The position numbers and the translations under genes were made by a program. A model generated the notes under the pieces. It was not told where the DNA came from. It saw nothing but the letters and a program-made list of their open reading frames with translations, and did not search any database. From the NCBI GenBank assembly GCA_903813345.2, contig CAIIXF020000001.1, positions 434,001 through 498,000 of the forward strand: a DNA stretch of 64,000 nucleotides. The letters are read 5' to 3'. This document shows positions 52,201 through 64,000 of this stretch, piece by piece. The DNA comes from Owenia fusiformis. Its lineage: Eukaryota. The stretch's first letter is position 1. Each line of letters opens with the position of its first letter.

Positions 52201-54224
52201 GTACTTCACTTTCTATATCTCTATTTTTATATCTTATATCCTAAATAACTCTATGTAATTATTATATCTTAAATAACTTTATGTAATATTGTACTCATCA
52301 TTTATGGTGGAATAAAAGATACATAAACATAAACATATATATATATTGTGTATCGAAATCAAAATTGCCAGCATAGTATAGACATGAGTATTGTGATTCA
52401 ACGTGAAGTATATATCCTGTGGGTTAACCCAACTAATTGTTATAACATGCGTATTCCCATACAAACGATCTGTGGACATGTTTTGCTATCATTCCATCAT
52501 ACCCCAGTATGTCCTCTGTCAGTCAAAAAAGTTTGAATCAAAACTTCCCACGAAAATCAAAAGATCTCACCTGTTGAATACGCCATCTATAGAAAATGTC
52601 ATTCTGGTTTTGACAGATGGAGGCAAGTCAAAAAGGTCAAATATTTTAAAGAAAATGCTCCTTAATCACATCAAATCATGTCTATTCGTCTTCCCTCGGC
52701 GGAAGGATCTAATGGTTGTGTGTCTCCTGTTCTAAACACGAAACTGAAGCGCAAAATACACTGTATTTGCGAACGAAGCACGTTTCGGGTATTACATGTA
52801 CGTTCGCCTTTGGCTCACCTTGTTGAGAAGCCCAGGCATTTTAAAAAACTAATTTTAAAATAGGGTTTCCTTTCGAAATATCAAAGGTATGCAATTCCCA
52901 TATACAGTATTGGAACTTTTCCTCTCCGATACTTGATTAATAAAAAAAACTACTTTAAAAGATGGTACCAATAGCTTTTTGCGTTATTCACTTAGCGTAC
53001 TAAATGTATGAAAAATGTATAAAATCATCTATAGATCTAGTGGAGTATATTGTGGCGATATCGTGCACTATATGTAGGATACATATATTTATACCAGGTC
53101 GTTCAATAATGCTGTAACTTTTTATTTCATAATTCTTACTGATTTTCCGACTGTACATTGTTGAGTATTAATACTTGTGGTTCGTGGAGGATCTGAGCCC
53201 TCATTATCCGGTCAGCGCTAAATTAGCGTTGCGATTTGCGTTGCGCTTGCGAATCAACATTATTCGCAAGCGCAAATCATGGTTTGCGTCGTATTACGCG
53301 CTTCACGCAAACGCAGACGCAACGCAGACGCAACAGTATGCTAATCGCAAATAAATTGGAAACGCGGGAAATTTAAACTTAGAGCTCAAAATAGATTTAT
53401 CGATTTTTTAATGTCAATGTATATGTTTACGCCAGTGCGGATGTGTCAATCAATGTTATCTATTTCAACTGGACTCAAGGAGGATTGGAAGCGGTTCCAA
53501 CTCGATATTCTTTAATCTCCACGCATGCGTCATTTGCTATTCGTGTCTGCATAATTTGTACGACTGCATGGAGAATGACCCGATACTCTCCAACAAAGCT
53601 ATCGCTAGGTGATTGTTTTGCAGAATATCGGTGTTGCATTCTGGGAGCCAATCCTCCTTGAACTGGACTTGCATTTGCATAATGCATATGATTGGTTGGT
53701 TCTTCGCGCGTTTATTTCCCAAAACATGATCCTGCACGTAAGACAATCAGTTTCCAGACGCCGTAAAGCGCAAGATTCAATTATTTATTTATTTCATAAT
53801 TCTTATATAATATACACTATAAAAACAAGCCGCTAGACACCCTAGTGGGTATATGTTGCGGTTTAACAGAAATCATTAAAATGACAACTAGACTACATAT
53901 AAAAGAAAACACTTATTATGTTACATGTAGGTATATAAAAATGGTATTAACAATTAATCTAAGGATGTACAATGTAAAAATGTTACAAAAATCGGGTACC
54001 AGTATAAAATCAACAGTATAGTATGATATTGGTATTATACATTATCGATAGATGAGTAGTTTTTTATATGAAGATTCGAAAATATTTAGAGTGGAGCATT
54101 TTTTGATATCATGTGGTAGAGCATTCCAAAGATTAGGACCCAGATAGCGAAGGGAAAGTTTAGAGCATTTAGGGATATGAAAATAATGCAATTGTCTTGT
54201 GTAATGATGATGAATTTGACCAGT

Positions 54225-54420
54225 GTAAAAGTAAGAAGCAAAAATTGGATTGAAGAAGAGCTTGAAATTTTAGTTTCTGAAATTGAAAGAAACAGCAGCA
54301 TTATTCTAGGTCCTTTGGACAAAAACGTTACTGTTGAGAAACAAAATGTAACATGGGCTGACATAAGTAGACGTATTTCAAGTGTCGGTGTTGAAAGTCG
54401 CACTCCAAAGCAAATAATGT
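54225..54420 (+). pseudogene. Myb/SANT-like (trihelix, NAIF1/MSANTD-type) DNA-binding exon of the Harbinger element
   Basis: RSKNWIEEELEILVSEIE...KQNVTWADISRRISSVGVESRTPKQI, followed by a gtaagt donor-like site. Confidence 0.8.
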
Positions 54421-55073
54421 AAGTTTTTAGTTTTTACGCATTATACTTATATATGTATCCAGTTGTCAACAGTGGGGGGTTGAAAATAGTTTAGGTTACG
54501 TATGGGAGGATAAAGCATGGTTTCAAAGAAAATGACCATTTTCAAATTTCCTTTTGTGTGTGGTAACAATGGTAGTGTGGGAGGTGAAACCATGACAAAA
54601 TTATATAGCTTTCCCCCAAACGTTAACAATAAGATGCCATCCTTGAGTTTAATTGACAAGGCAACTACACACTACACCATTTGTTTCGTTGACTTGCCTA
54701 TAAAAGCACTCGTGACGTCCGACTAGACCAGTTTCACCGGGATGTTCGGTTTATATAATATATAACACAGGCACCGGAAATGAAATCCCCTCACACACAT
54801 ACACTCTAACAGTATATTAAATATTTTTAATACATAAGCTTAGAGTAATGCACAAGCTTAGAGACTGTGTGTGTGTGGGGGGGGGGGGGTGTAATTTTGA
54901 TGCGAGACTAGTATTGTACCTGTAAACACATCTTTGTTGGGAATATCATTTACCAAGGGATGATATTTGGAATAAGGAATAAGTTGTGTCCAACATGTCC
55001 AAAGATGAATAACATTGAAAAACCAGGCCGCAGGCTTTATTTGTTACTTGCATTAAGTAATACATTATATTAA

Positions 55074-55446
55074 AGAGAGAATCAGAGATAGCGAGCAGGC
55101 TCAACAAAAAATTGTTTCAATTTTAGAATATTTTTGCCTCATGTCATTCCTTGTCATGACTATTTTCTAAAAATCACAAAAGTGCATACTTTATTTCAGG
55201 AAAACTAAAGATTTTTACAATAATGTATTATTTTTCTATAAGAATGGTTACCATTCTTATTATTTGGGAGAATTTAAACATTTTTCACCCATTTTTGCAC
55301 TTTGAATCATTAATAACTTCACCAATTTATAACATATTGTTAATCTTTTGGGAGATATTGTATTTGATATTGTAAGGAATAGATTGTTACGTCAATTATG
55401 CACGTTGCTTGTAATTTTGTCACCCCCTATAGATCTGATTCTGCCT
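55074..55446. mobile_element. TTAA-flanked MITE (Kolobok-like)
   Basis: ttaa-agagagaatcaga ... tctgattctgcct-ttaa. Confidence 0.7.
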
Positions 55447-56267
55447 TTAAGTCTAAATTACCATTAACCAGTTAGCAGTAATTGAAAGGGAAAACACGTT
55501 TGTTTTTCACAAGTGACATTCCACGAAGTGATAATAAAAATGAAATATTTGTTTATTATATCATGCCAAGTTCATCACTTTAAATGCTAGGGATTTAGTA
55601 ATAGGGAGGGAGGTTAAGCTACACGTTTTAGGAGAACATGTGCATGAACGTGTAGAATTATGGTTCTCGAAGTATTATTTCTTCCCTTCGTAGTAGCCAT
55701 TTGCCTTCTGCGATGTAAAGATAAAAGGTAAATAGTTGTAAGTAGGTCCATTGCTTAACCTCCCTATTGTAGAGATCAAAGCGTGTTTATAAATCCCTTA
55801 TGTTTTCAAGAGGAGCCATCACTTATTAAACGTTGTTTATAAGTGAGTGCACACTTATCTCGCTTAATCTAATTATTGATAGGGAATCATAGTATATTTG
55901 GCATATTACTTTCATATTACTATCCAATCTACCTATTAACAAGAATTTGGAGGAGAAATTTATTTATTTTCGGTGAAAATAACATTAGAATTGATCGATA
56001 AAATATACATTTCTATATGACTACATCAAATTTTATATATTCATACTTATTAACTATAAAGTATAGGTAGGGATTAACATAAGTTATGCTTTCACTTATG
56101 AGCGAAATCGTTTAGTCTTATGTTTACTTATAGACTGTGTCAATTACGTCATCATTAAACAGCTTAATCCATTCATAAGGAGGCATCGCTTATAAAACGT
56201 TGTTTATAGGTAAAATATTATCTTGGAATTTTGAATACACAATTTTGATGAAAAGAATTTTAGAAAT

Positions 56268-58014
56268 TAGAGATTAAACATGATTGATTTTGAATCCCAG
56301 TTGTTTGCAGTTAAAGCAGCATGGATTCCACGATTGTTTGATGAAAAAAATATGTTTAATAAAGTTCCTTACTTTTACTTTGAAAGACTTTTCCCAAAAT
56401 ATTACAATTTACTAAATATAAATGATGTTGATTTTAAAGAATTTCAAACAATTCCTTTATTTTACCAACAAGTCATTCAATCTCATTGTAAATGTAAAAC
56501 TATTAAGGAGGTATCAGAAATGAAACAAAGTGACATTTTACAAGAAATAATATGGGGAAATAAACTTTTCACCATAAAAAATAAACTAATTTTCTTTCCT
56601 CATTGGATAGAAAGTGGAATAATATACAATTATTGACCTCTCCAGAGGTTTACTGTCAAAATTATATCCCGAGACTGTAAACCGAGACCGTAGGTCGAGG
56701 TTTACAGTCGAGGGATATAATTTTGACAGTAAACCGAATGGAGAGGTCTATAATTGTTTTGTTAGTCCGAAGAATATCTTAGATTTTTCTGACCCTTGAA
56801 GTTGACTTGAAGTTGGATCCAGACCCTCGAGACGTTCATGTTGTAAGTTCACTCAATGGAGTCAAATTACTCTCCTGGGTGAAGTCCACTAAAAGCTTTG
56901 TACAAAGTTTTAGATTTTTCTTCGTATTTTGACTGTCTTTACTCTCTAAGAGACTAATAATATCCTCATCTTCAACATTTTTGAAACGGCTAGTGCTAGC
57001 GGCGGCCATTTTATCGTCTGATAATGACGTCATTTTAGTGGAATGCTGGGAATATTATTCACCGGCAATGCATTGCGCGGTGTACAGTTAAAATTATTCA
57101 CCGCTCGTTGACCAATCAAAATCGAGTATTTCAACTGAGGTACTAACAATATATATTAAAGACTTAATAATGCAAAACTGCCTGCTTGATATTGATTTAA
57201 TTTATCAGAAACTTGTCAATAAGCAAAATTGGATTTCTGAATTTTATCAGGTACAAAATGCAATTAAATCTATAAAAAATATGATTGATATACAAAGTTC
57301 AAACTATACAAATATTCCTAAAAGATTTAAGTTTAAGTTTGAAAATAAAACAATAGATGTGAATCATCAGAAATCTAAATTTTTCTATGACATTTTAAGA
57401 GCAAATAAGGCAGAAAAGTGGTATATGAAAGATACATGGGAAAAGCAATTTTGTTACAAAAAAGATGAACGTATTGATGAAATTAATTGGAATAATTTTT
57501 TTGACACCAAAATAAATTGTAAAGAAACCAAAATTGCCAACTTTAACTATAAAATAATTAATAGAATATTACCCAGTAAACGTGAGCTTTTTATATTTGG
57601 TAAAAAAGAAAATTATAGTTGTGATATTTGTGGAAATCCTGATTCAGTAAAACATTTATTTTTTGATTGTGTTTTGGCCAGGAGTGTCTGGAACTTCATA
57701 CAAGATAAATCAAAACTTAGAATAACTTATAGAAAAATTATTTTAGGTTATAATGGCAATGATGATTTCACTAAATTTCTTAACTATTTTGTCAGTGTAA
57801 TTACATATACAATTTATAAGGTTTACCTAGGACAGATAAATGACAATAATGTCAAAAATTTAGATGTTATATTACACTCTTTGAAGAAGGAAATAGCTAT
57901 AAGAAAAAATGTATTTTACCCACAATTTTGGAAAATATGTGACACTATATCATGTAATTGTAACATTGAAAATGTATTTGTAACATGACTTAATAAACAG
58001 AAATAAAAAATAAA
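56268..58014 (+). mobile_element. 5'-truncated L1/Tx1-like LINE fragment (post-RT region and zf-RVT)
   Basis: IDFESQLFAVKAAWIPRL ... FNYKIINRILP ... CDICGNPDSVKHLFFDC, with AATAAA and an A-tail. The 17-bp TSD aaaagaattttagaaat lies at 56251-56267 and 58015-58031. Confidence 0.9.
56627..57147 (-). mobile_element. Non-autonomous Crypton-like element inserted in the L1 fragment
   Basis: Flanked by the direct repeat AATATA, and its removal restores the L1 frame (SGIIYIKDL). It has a ~130-bp hairpin at 56627-56757. The minus-strand stub MAAASTSRFKNVEDEDIISLLESKDSQNTKK resembles Crypton tyrosine-recombinase N-termini. Confidence 0.7.
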
Positions 58015-59382
58015 AAAAGAATTTTAGAAATGATCGGTTAAACATAAGCATTTTAATTTTAGCAGACGATATTTGCGAAATGGAATTGCGATATTTATTA
58101 TAGATTTCACAAAACCAAGGTAGCATAATCGTGCACTTTCAGACTTGATTTTGATAAGTTTTGGTTATTTGTGTCTCTAATGTTTTTCAACCTATTTTTA
58201 GTTGGATGTCTCAAAGGGCACTACCTAGATTTCTACAACGATAATGTTAATTTAAATAGGAAAACTATCAAGATTCTTGATGATATGTTTGCGATTTATA
58301 TTGCGGCAGGGTCAGGGATGCCGCAAATAAAGTGGAGTTTGCGACATAAAAATCAACTGATTTACGTGGACGCAACTGTGCGATGACTGCATAATACCAA
58401 TTTGCGTGCGGCTAGCAGTGTATTTGCGATGCGAAATGAAAATAGCGATGCGTCTACCGTGTAATAAGAAAACTGCGATTTGCGCTAAAGACGCAAAACG
58501 GCAATGAATTTGCGCTAGAGTGCCTTTGAGATGACCTCATAATATCGTTTTGCGTACGATTCGCTAAATATTTTACGTTGCGATTGCGATTTGCGGTGCG
58601 TCGACCGGATAATGAGGTCTCTGGTCTGCATGAAAAAAGTCCAAAACGACCGACTTGAAGTGCGAATATTGCTCCTCGGTCTATTACTTGGGCACCCACT
58701 TGTTACGCATCAATACAATTTCTAAATCATGAAAATAGCATGTTGTGTGAGACCAACACTTGAAGCAATCATGACTAAATTTCTGAAAGGGTTTCTTCTG
58801 GTTTCATCTAATATTCTTTTAATTAAATCAATCTGACGAGGGGAAGGAAGGTATAGCTTTTGGTCGCCCCTCTCCCTGTTCATCTTCGATCGACTTTCTC
58901 CCTCCTTTGAAAGAGCGGTACCAGTGATATATGGCAGGGATGTTTAGTATGTCTTTCCCATTAGCCTCACGAATATCCTTTATTGTTGTTTTGATTTACC
59001 TATTTTGAATTGAGGATATAGAACTTATTGTTGCTTCTAATTTGATGCTGAATATAATTGATTTTCTGTTCAGTAGCCCCATGTTGTTGATAGCATAATT
59101 TCTGCTTAGTTTGTGTAATGTAATTTCTCTATCATGCCATCTGATCTTAAATTGCATGCCCTATGGTTTAATTTGTATTCTTATGAATTACTCCGTGATG
59201 TCATTTCCAACTTAAACTAGATTTGCTCTCTGATTTCATCAATAGGTGTTGCCAAGGTATCTAAGTACCAGTGTTTATTTACCAACAGCTGTCAAAATGG
59301 GTTCAAAATTAAATTGTGTATGAAAATGTTCACATTTCAAGTCGGTCATTTTGAATACCACATTCCTGTTAGAGTACTTATA

Positions 59383-60341
59383 CAGGGTGTTCACTAAGTA
59401 ATGACACTAGGTCTCCCATTTTGTCAGATTTTAAGGAATCTTGCTTAAATTTTCAGCATGTCTTAAAAGTGTAATTGTGAAACGAAGCATAATATGATCG
59501 GGGTTCACATGATTTTGAGCTATGTATTCTCCATTAAACTTATGCCAGTTGGTTATTGAAAATATGTCCTGTATAGTAGTTACATTCATAGTATGGTTCA
59601 TTCATAGTATGACATCATATAGCCTAATAATAGTCCTGGTTAAAAGACATTATAATAGTCTGAGATCTCCATGAGTTGGAAAGTCTGCCAAAGTTAAAAA
59701 CGTCATCGGAAAACAGGTCTTGTGGAAATAGGAAACTTGCTGCAACGCAGAAACATCCTTGTCATACTGCAATGTAATCCATAGAGAATGGACAGAATGC
59801 AGAGTAGTCTATCATTTAAAAATTGAGACCTTGCTCATTATTCATCTCCATGAACTTGAGCTACATTTCTTTGCTGTTGGTCTCCTAAAGAGACGACAGT
59901 TTCATTCCAATGCGAAAACTGTAAGGGCAGCCAGGTTGAAATGAGATAAGACAAATGTCTTCCAAAAATGGGTGGCTAAACGACAATAAAAATGCATTGA
60001 AGAAGATACAAATTACTTTAAAGTGAATATCGTATCCACTGGGCATGGACCAAGAGCGGAAAATAAATAAATGATAAATATTATATCGTTTGTAGAAGGG
60101 ATGATGCTAGGGATTAAAGATTCCTTATTAATGTAGAATGTGACGTCATATGTGCTGTGTCAAGGACCATGTTACCAAATCAAAATGTATATGATTAAAT
60201 TAACTATTTTCATTCTTGAGACATGAAATTTGGTTTGTGCAATCAATATTACATGCCAGAAAATATGTGGAAAATCTTGAAATATTGGTTAAAAACTGTA
60301 AAAATGGGGAGACCTAGTGTTATTACTTAGTGAACACCCTG
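59383..60341. mobile_element. ~1-kb Tc1/mariner-type non-autonomous element (copy 2)
   Basis: ta-cagggtgttcactaagtaatgacact ... agtgttattacttagtgaacaccctg-ta. Confidence 0.9.
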
Positions 60342-60689
60342 TAAAAAGACTAGTCAGAAATACGAAAATATGAAAAAGTAACAGCATTTTTATCAGAACT
60401 ATTAAACGCCCTGTAATAGCAAGTGATAAATCACATTTTTTGATAGGGATGATATCAGGGATGAAATTGGGATTAGAGGGGTGATATCAGGGATGATCAA
60501 CCCGGGTATCATATCAAAATATTTACATTTTCCTCTCGGCTAACAGAGGATTTTAGGAAGATGTTCCTCTCGACGATGGTATTTGATCGTTATTCACCTG
60601 TCGGGGTGGTATGGGGAATATCCCTCGGAAAATAAAAAATGTCGTACTGTCACTTCGTTCCCTCAGGAAATATAACTTTAGGCTTTGTA

Positions 60690-61947
60690 ATTTTATCACA
60701 GAAAATGAAATATTATATATACATCAGTATGGCTTTCAGAAAAATGTCTCTACCTTTATGGCAATCTTAACTTTTGTTGAAAACATACGACATGCGCTGG
60801 AGAACAATGAATATTCGCTTGGTATTTTCTAGACTTGTCTAAAGCCATTAATCATAAAATCCTTCTAGATAAATTAAATTTTTATGGAATTCAAGGGTCT
60901 GAACTATCTCTTTTTAAATCATATCTAAAAGATCGAAAGCAAATTGTATCATATAACAATATTGACTCTGATTTACAAAGTATATCATGCGGTGTGCCCC
61001 AGGGCTCAGTCCTTGGGCCGACATTATCCATATTATATGTAAATGACATGTTTAAGGTTTCCAATATTCTTAAAAGCGTAATATTTGCCGACGACCATAA
61101 TTTGTTGGCCTCAGATAAAGATTTGAAATCTGTAATAGAAAAGGTTAATAATGAACTTGATCTTATTGACGATTGGTTCAAAGCAAATAAATTGTCAATA
61201 AACTAGCTAGTCTAAAACAAATTTATCTTGTTCAATAAACAGAAACGACAAATCTTTAGAGATATTAAAATTGATATGTCCGGGAAACAAATTGAAAGAG
61301 TAAAATCTATCAACTTTTTAGGTGTCATTGTTGATGAACATACTATTATTATTAACAAGTATTACCTGGAAAGAACATATTAAACATATAGAAGCAAAAA
61401 TATCCAGAACAATTGGTCTCTTATATAAGATTCGCAACCTATTGAATAAAACAAAAGACTTGTTTATTCAAAACTATTTATTATTTTAATCAAAATGAAT
61501 ATTTTCACAATTATCCTACCAGAAGAAGTCGTGATTTACATGCTAGGGCTTACAAAACAAAAATAGGGTTATATTCAATCAAAGTACAGGGTCCAAGAAT
61601 CTGGAATTCTATCTCAGATCATGTCAGATTTTTGCCTTCTTTACTTCAATTTAAAATAACTAGAAAGAAAAATTCAATTGCTGAAATATAATTATATATT
61701 GTCACCACATCTACGTTTCCATCCATACATTTTCCTAAACCGAAATAGAGTTAACACTCATTGGCAGCCACAACCCACCACCACTAGCCATAAGTTGGAT
61801 GCATACATATGCTATCAATATGTATAGTTATTATTGAATTTTCATTTTTGTCACTAAAACAACTTCATACACTTGTTAAAGTGTCAGTTGATGTATAATT
61901 TATGTATCATAGTTTGACAATAAAATATGTAACTAACTAAAAAAAAC
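60690..61947 (+). mobile_element. Degenerate 5'-truncated CR1/L2-group LINE
   Basis: HQYGFQKNVST, DLSKAINHKILLDKL, CGVPQGSVLGP and IFADD, with frameshifts. AATAAA near 61919 and an A-rich tail. Confidence 0.9.
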
Positions 61948-62149
61948 ATTGATATTATCCTTGTGATATTCCCCATATCAAATCCCTCCTGGTAACTTCT
62001 TTATATATCACACATTTCTGTTTCACTATTAATATAATCCCCTTTGGCAAAATGCTCATATGTAGCATATTGCTACTTGGTACAAAACCAATTGTCAATC
62101 CCTTCCAGTAAATGGCCTCTATAAACACATAGGTTAAATAATGCAGCAT

Positions 62150-63575
62150 CTTATCAGAACTTTTTGAACACCCTGCATACATGTGTAAGCAATTGTGCAG
62201 CAGCAATGGCATGTGTAAAGAGAACTAATTGAGCACCCTGCATACATATATACGTTATGGTGCAGCAGCTATGGCATGTGTAAAGAGAACTAATTGAGCA
62301 CCCTGCATACATATATACGTTATGGTGCAGCAGCAATGGCATGTGTAAAGAGAACTAATTGAGCACCCTGCATACATATATACGTTAAGGTGCAGCAGCA
62401 ATGGCATGTGTAAAGAGAACTAATTGAGCACCCTGCATACATATATACGTTATGGTGCAGCAGCTATGGCATGTGTAAAGAGAACTAATTGAGCACCCTG
62501 CATACATATATACGTTATGGTGCAGCAGCAATGGCATGTGTAAAGAGAACTAATTGAGCACCCCGCATACATATATACGTTATGGTGCAGCAGCTATGGC
62601 ATGTGTAAAGAGAACTAATTGAGCACCCTGCATACATATATACGTTAAGGTGCAGCAGCAATGGCATGTGTAAAGAGAACTAATTGAGCACCCCGCATAC
62701 ATATATACGTTATGGTGCAGCAGCTATGGCATGTGTAAAGAGAACTAATTGAGCACCCTGCATACATATATACGTTATGGTGCAGCAGCTATGGCATGTG
62801 TAAAGAGAACTAATTGAGCACCCTGCATACATATATACGTTATGGTGCAGCAGCTATGGCATGTGTAAAGAGAACTAATTGAGCACCCTGCATACATATA
62901 TACGTTATGGTGCAGCAGCTATGGCATGTGTAAAGAGAACTAATTGAGCACCCTGCATACATATATACGTTAAGGTGCAGCAGCTATGACATGTGTAGAG
63001 AACTTTTTGGACACCCTGTATACATGTGTAAGCAATGGTGCAGCAGCTATGGCATGTGTAAAGAGAACTAATTGAGCACCCTGCATACATATATACGTTA
63101 TGGTGCAGCAGATATGACATGTGTAGAGAACTTTTTGAACACCCTGGATACATGTTTAAGCAATGGTATAGCAGCAACGACATGTGTAAAGATAACTTTT
63201 TGAACAACCTGTATGTGTATATACGTTTTGGAGTAGCAGCTATGACAAGTGTGAAAATAACTTTTTCGAATTCCCTTTACATACATAAGCGATTGGACAA
63301 GAGCTAGGGCAAGTCGAAATATAACTATTTGAACATCTTGCATACACGTATACGCAACGGTGCAGCAGCTATGACATGTGAAAGATAAATATTTTAACAC
63401 CCTGCACGCAATGGTGCATGCAGCAGCTTTGGCAAGTGGAAATATGACTATTTGTACACCCTACATACATGTATACGCAATGGTGCTGCAGCTATGGTCG
63501 GTGGAAAGATAACTTTTTGAACACCCTGCATACATGACGTATACGCTATAGTGCAGCAGCTATGGTAAGTGGAAA
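62150..63575 (+). repeat. 65-bp tandem repeat (~21 units), homogeneous on the left and decaying to the right
   Basis: The unit is gagcaccctgcatacatatatacgttatggtgcagcagctatggcatgtgtaaagagaactaatt (62231, 62296 ...). Confidence 0.95.
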
Positions 63576-64000
63576 ACTATTTGAAGAGAGTAAAACACAA
63601 AGTAAAAGCCGAATTACAACTCATTCAAAAGAGCAGCAGAATGATATATGACATATATACATATCGATAATCGGGTTTCATACGAGTTCCGATCAATTAG
63701 AGCACTCGACCCGAACAGATGGTTCGAATACTTAAAGATGATCAGGGATTCTCAAATAGTTTCTAAATACCTTGCTAAATTGATACTGTCGGTTTTGCTT
63801 AGTTAGCCTGCATCTCATTTAGACTGGTTTATTGCAATTGCTGGCGTAACATATTTCAACATGAAGCTTTCCTTTTTGTTCTGTCAAATCTTTCTATAAA
63901 TTCCAAACGTGCTGAGAGAATCTTCATTCTAGATTAAACATTCATTTTCTTGACCATGGCTTATCAGTGTTGATGATACATTTAAATTTACTTGTTTTAA

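Larger units (their letters stand above)
53196..58620 (+). mobile_element. PIF/Harbinger element with a Myb/SANT remnant and several nested insertions
   Basis: TIRs agccctcattatccggtc and gaccggataatgaggtct with a 3-bp TSD (CTG). ttgcg-rich subterminal repeats occur at both ends. Confidence 0.88.

Noticed and set aside
61955-63400. Cys/His-rich short ORFs
   Set aside because: They are translations of the 65-bp satellite.

Overview
AT-rich, intron-containing animal DNA, probably a marine invertebrate (lophotrochozoan-like; this is inference). Three host genes can be read exon by exon. (1) The 3' end of a rhodopsin-class LGR/GRL101-like GPCR (+, <1-2348). (2) A complete tetraspanin (+, 6331-13670) with three homologous candidate last exons. 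(3) A 10-exon, 619-aa secreted protein (-, 34347-21845) with two copies of an unnamed Cys/Trp domain, a PDGG linker and a VWA domain, followed by a second mucin-PDGG-VWA module (-, 18427-17198). The rest is densely nested transposons: an APE-RT LINE split by a 5.4-kb CACTG-ended element, a Harbinger element holding an L1/Tx1 fragment that holds a Crypton-like insert, Tc1/mariner remnants and MITEs, TTAA-flanked elements, CR1/L2 fragments and two 65-bp satellites. The most striking pattern is that each of the three genes has one real exon-intron junction amplified into a minisatellite: about 21 acceptors, 19 donors and about 16 donors. In the tetraspanin the unit is in frame and stop-free. Exon boundaries come from GT-AG signals, phase and protein similarity only; there is no transcript evidence.
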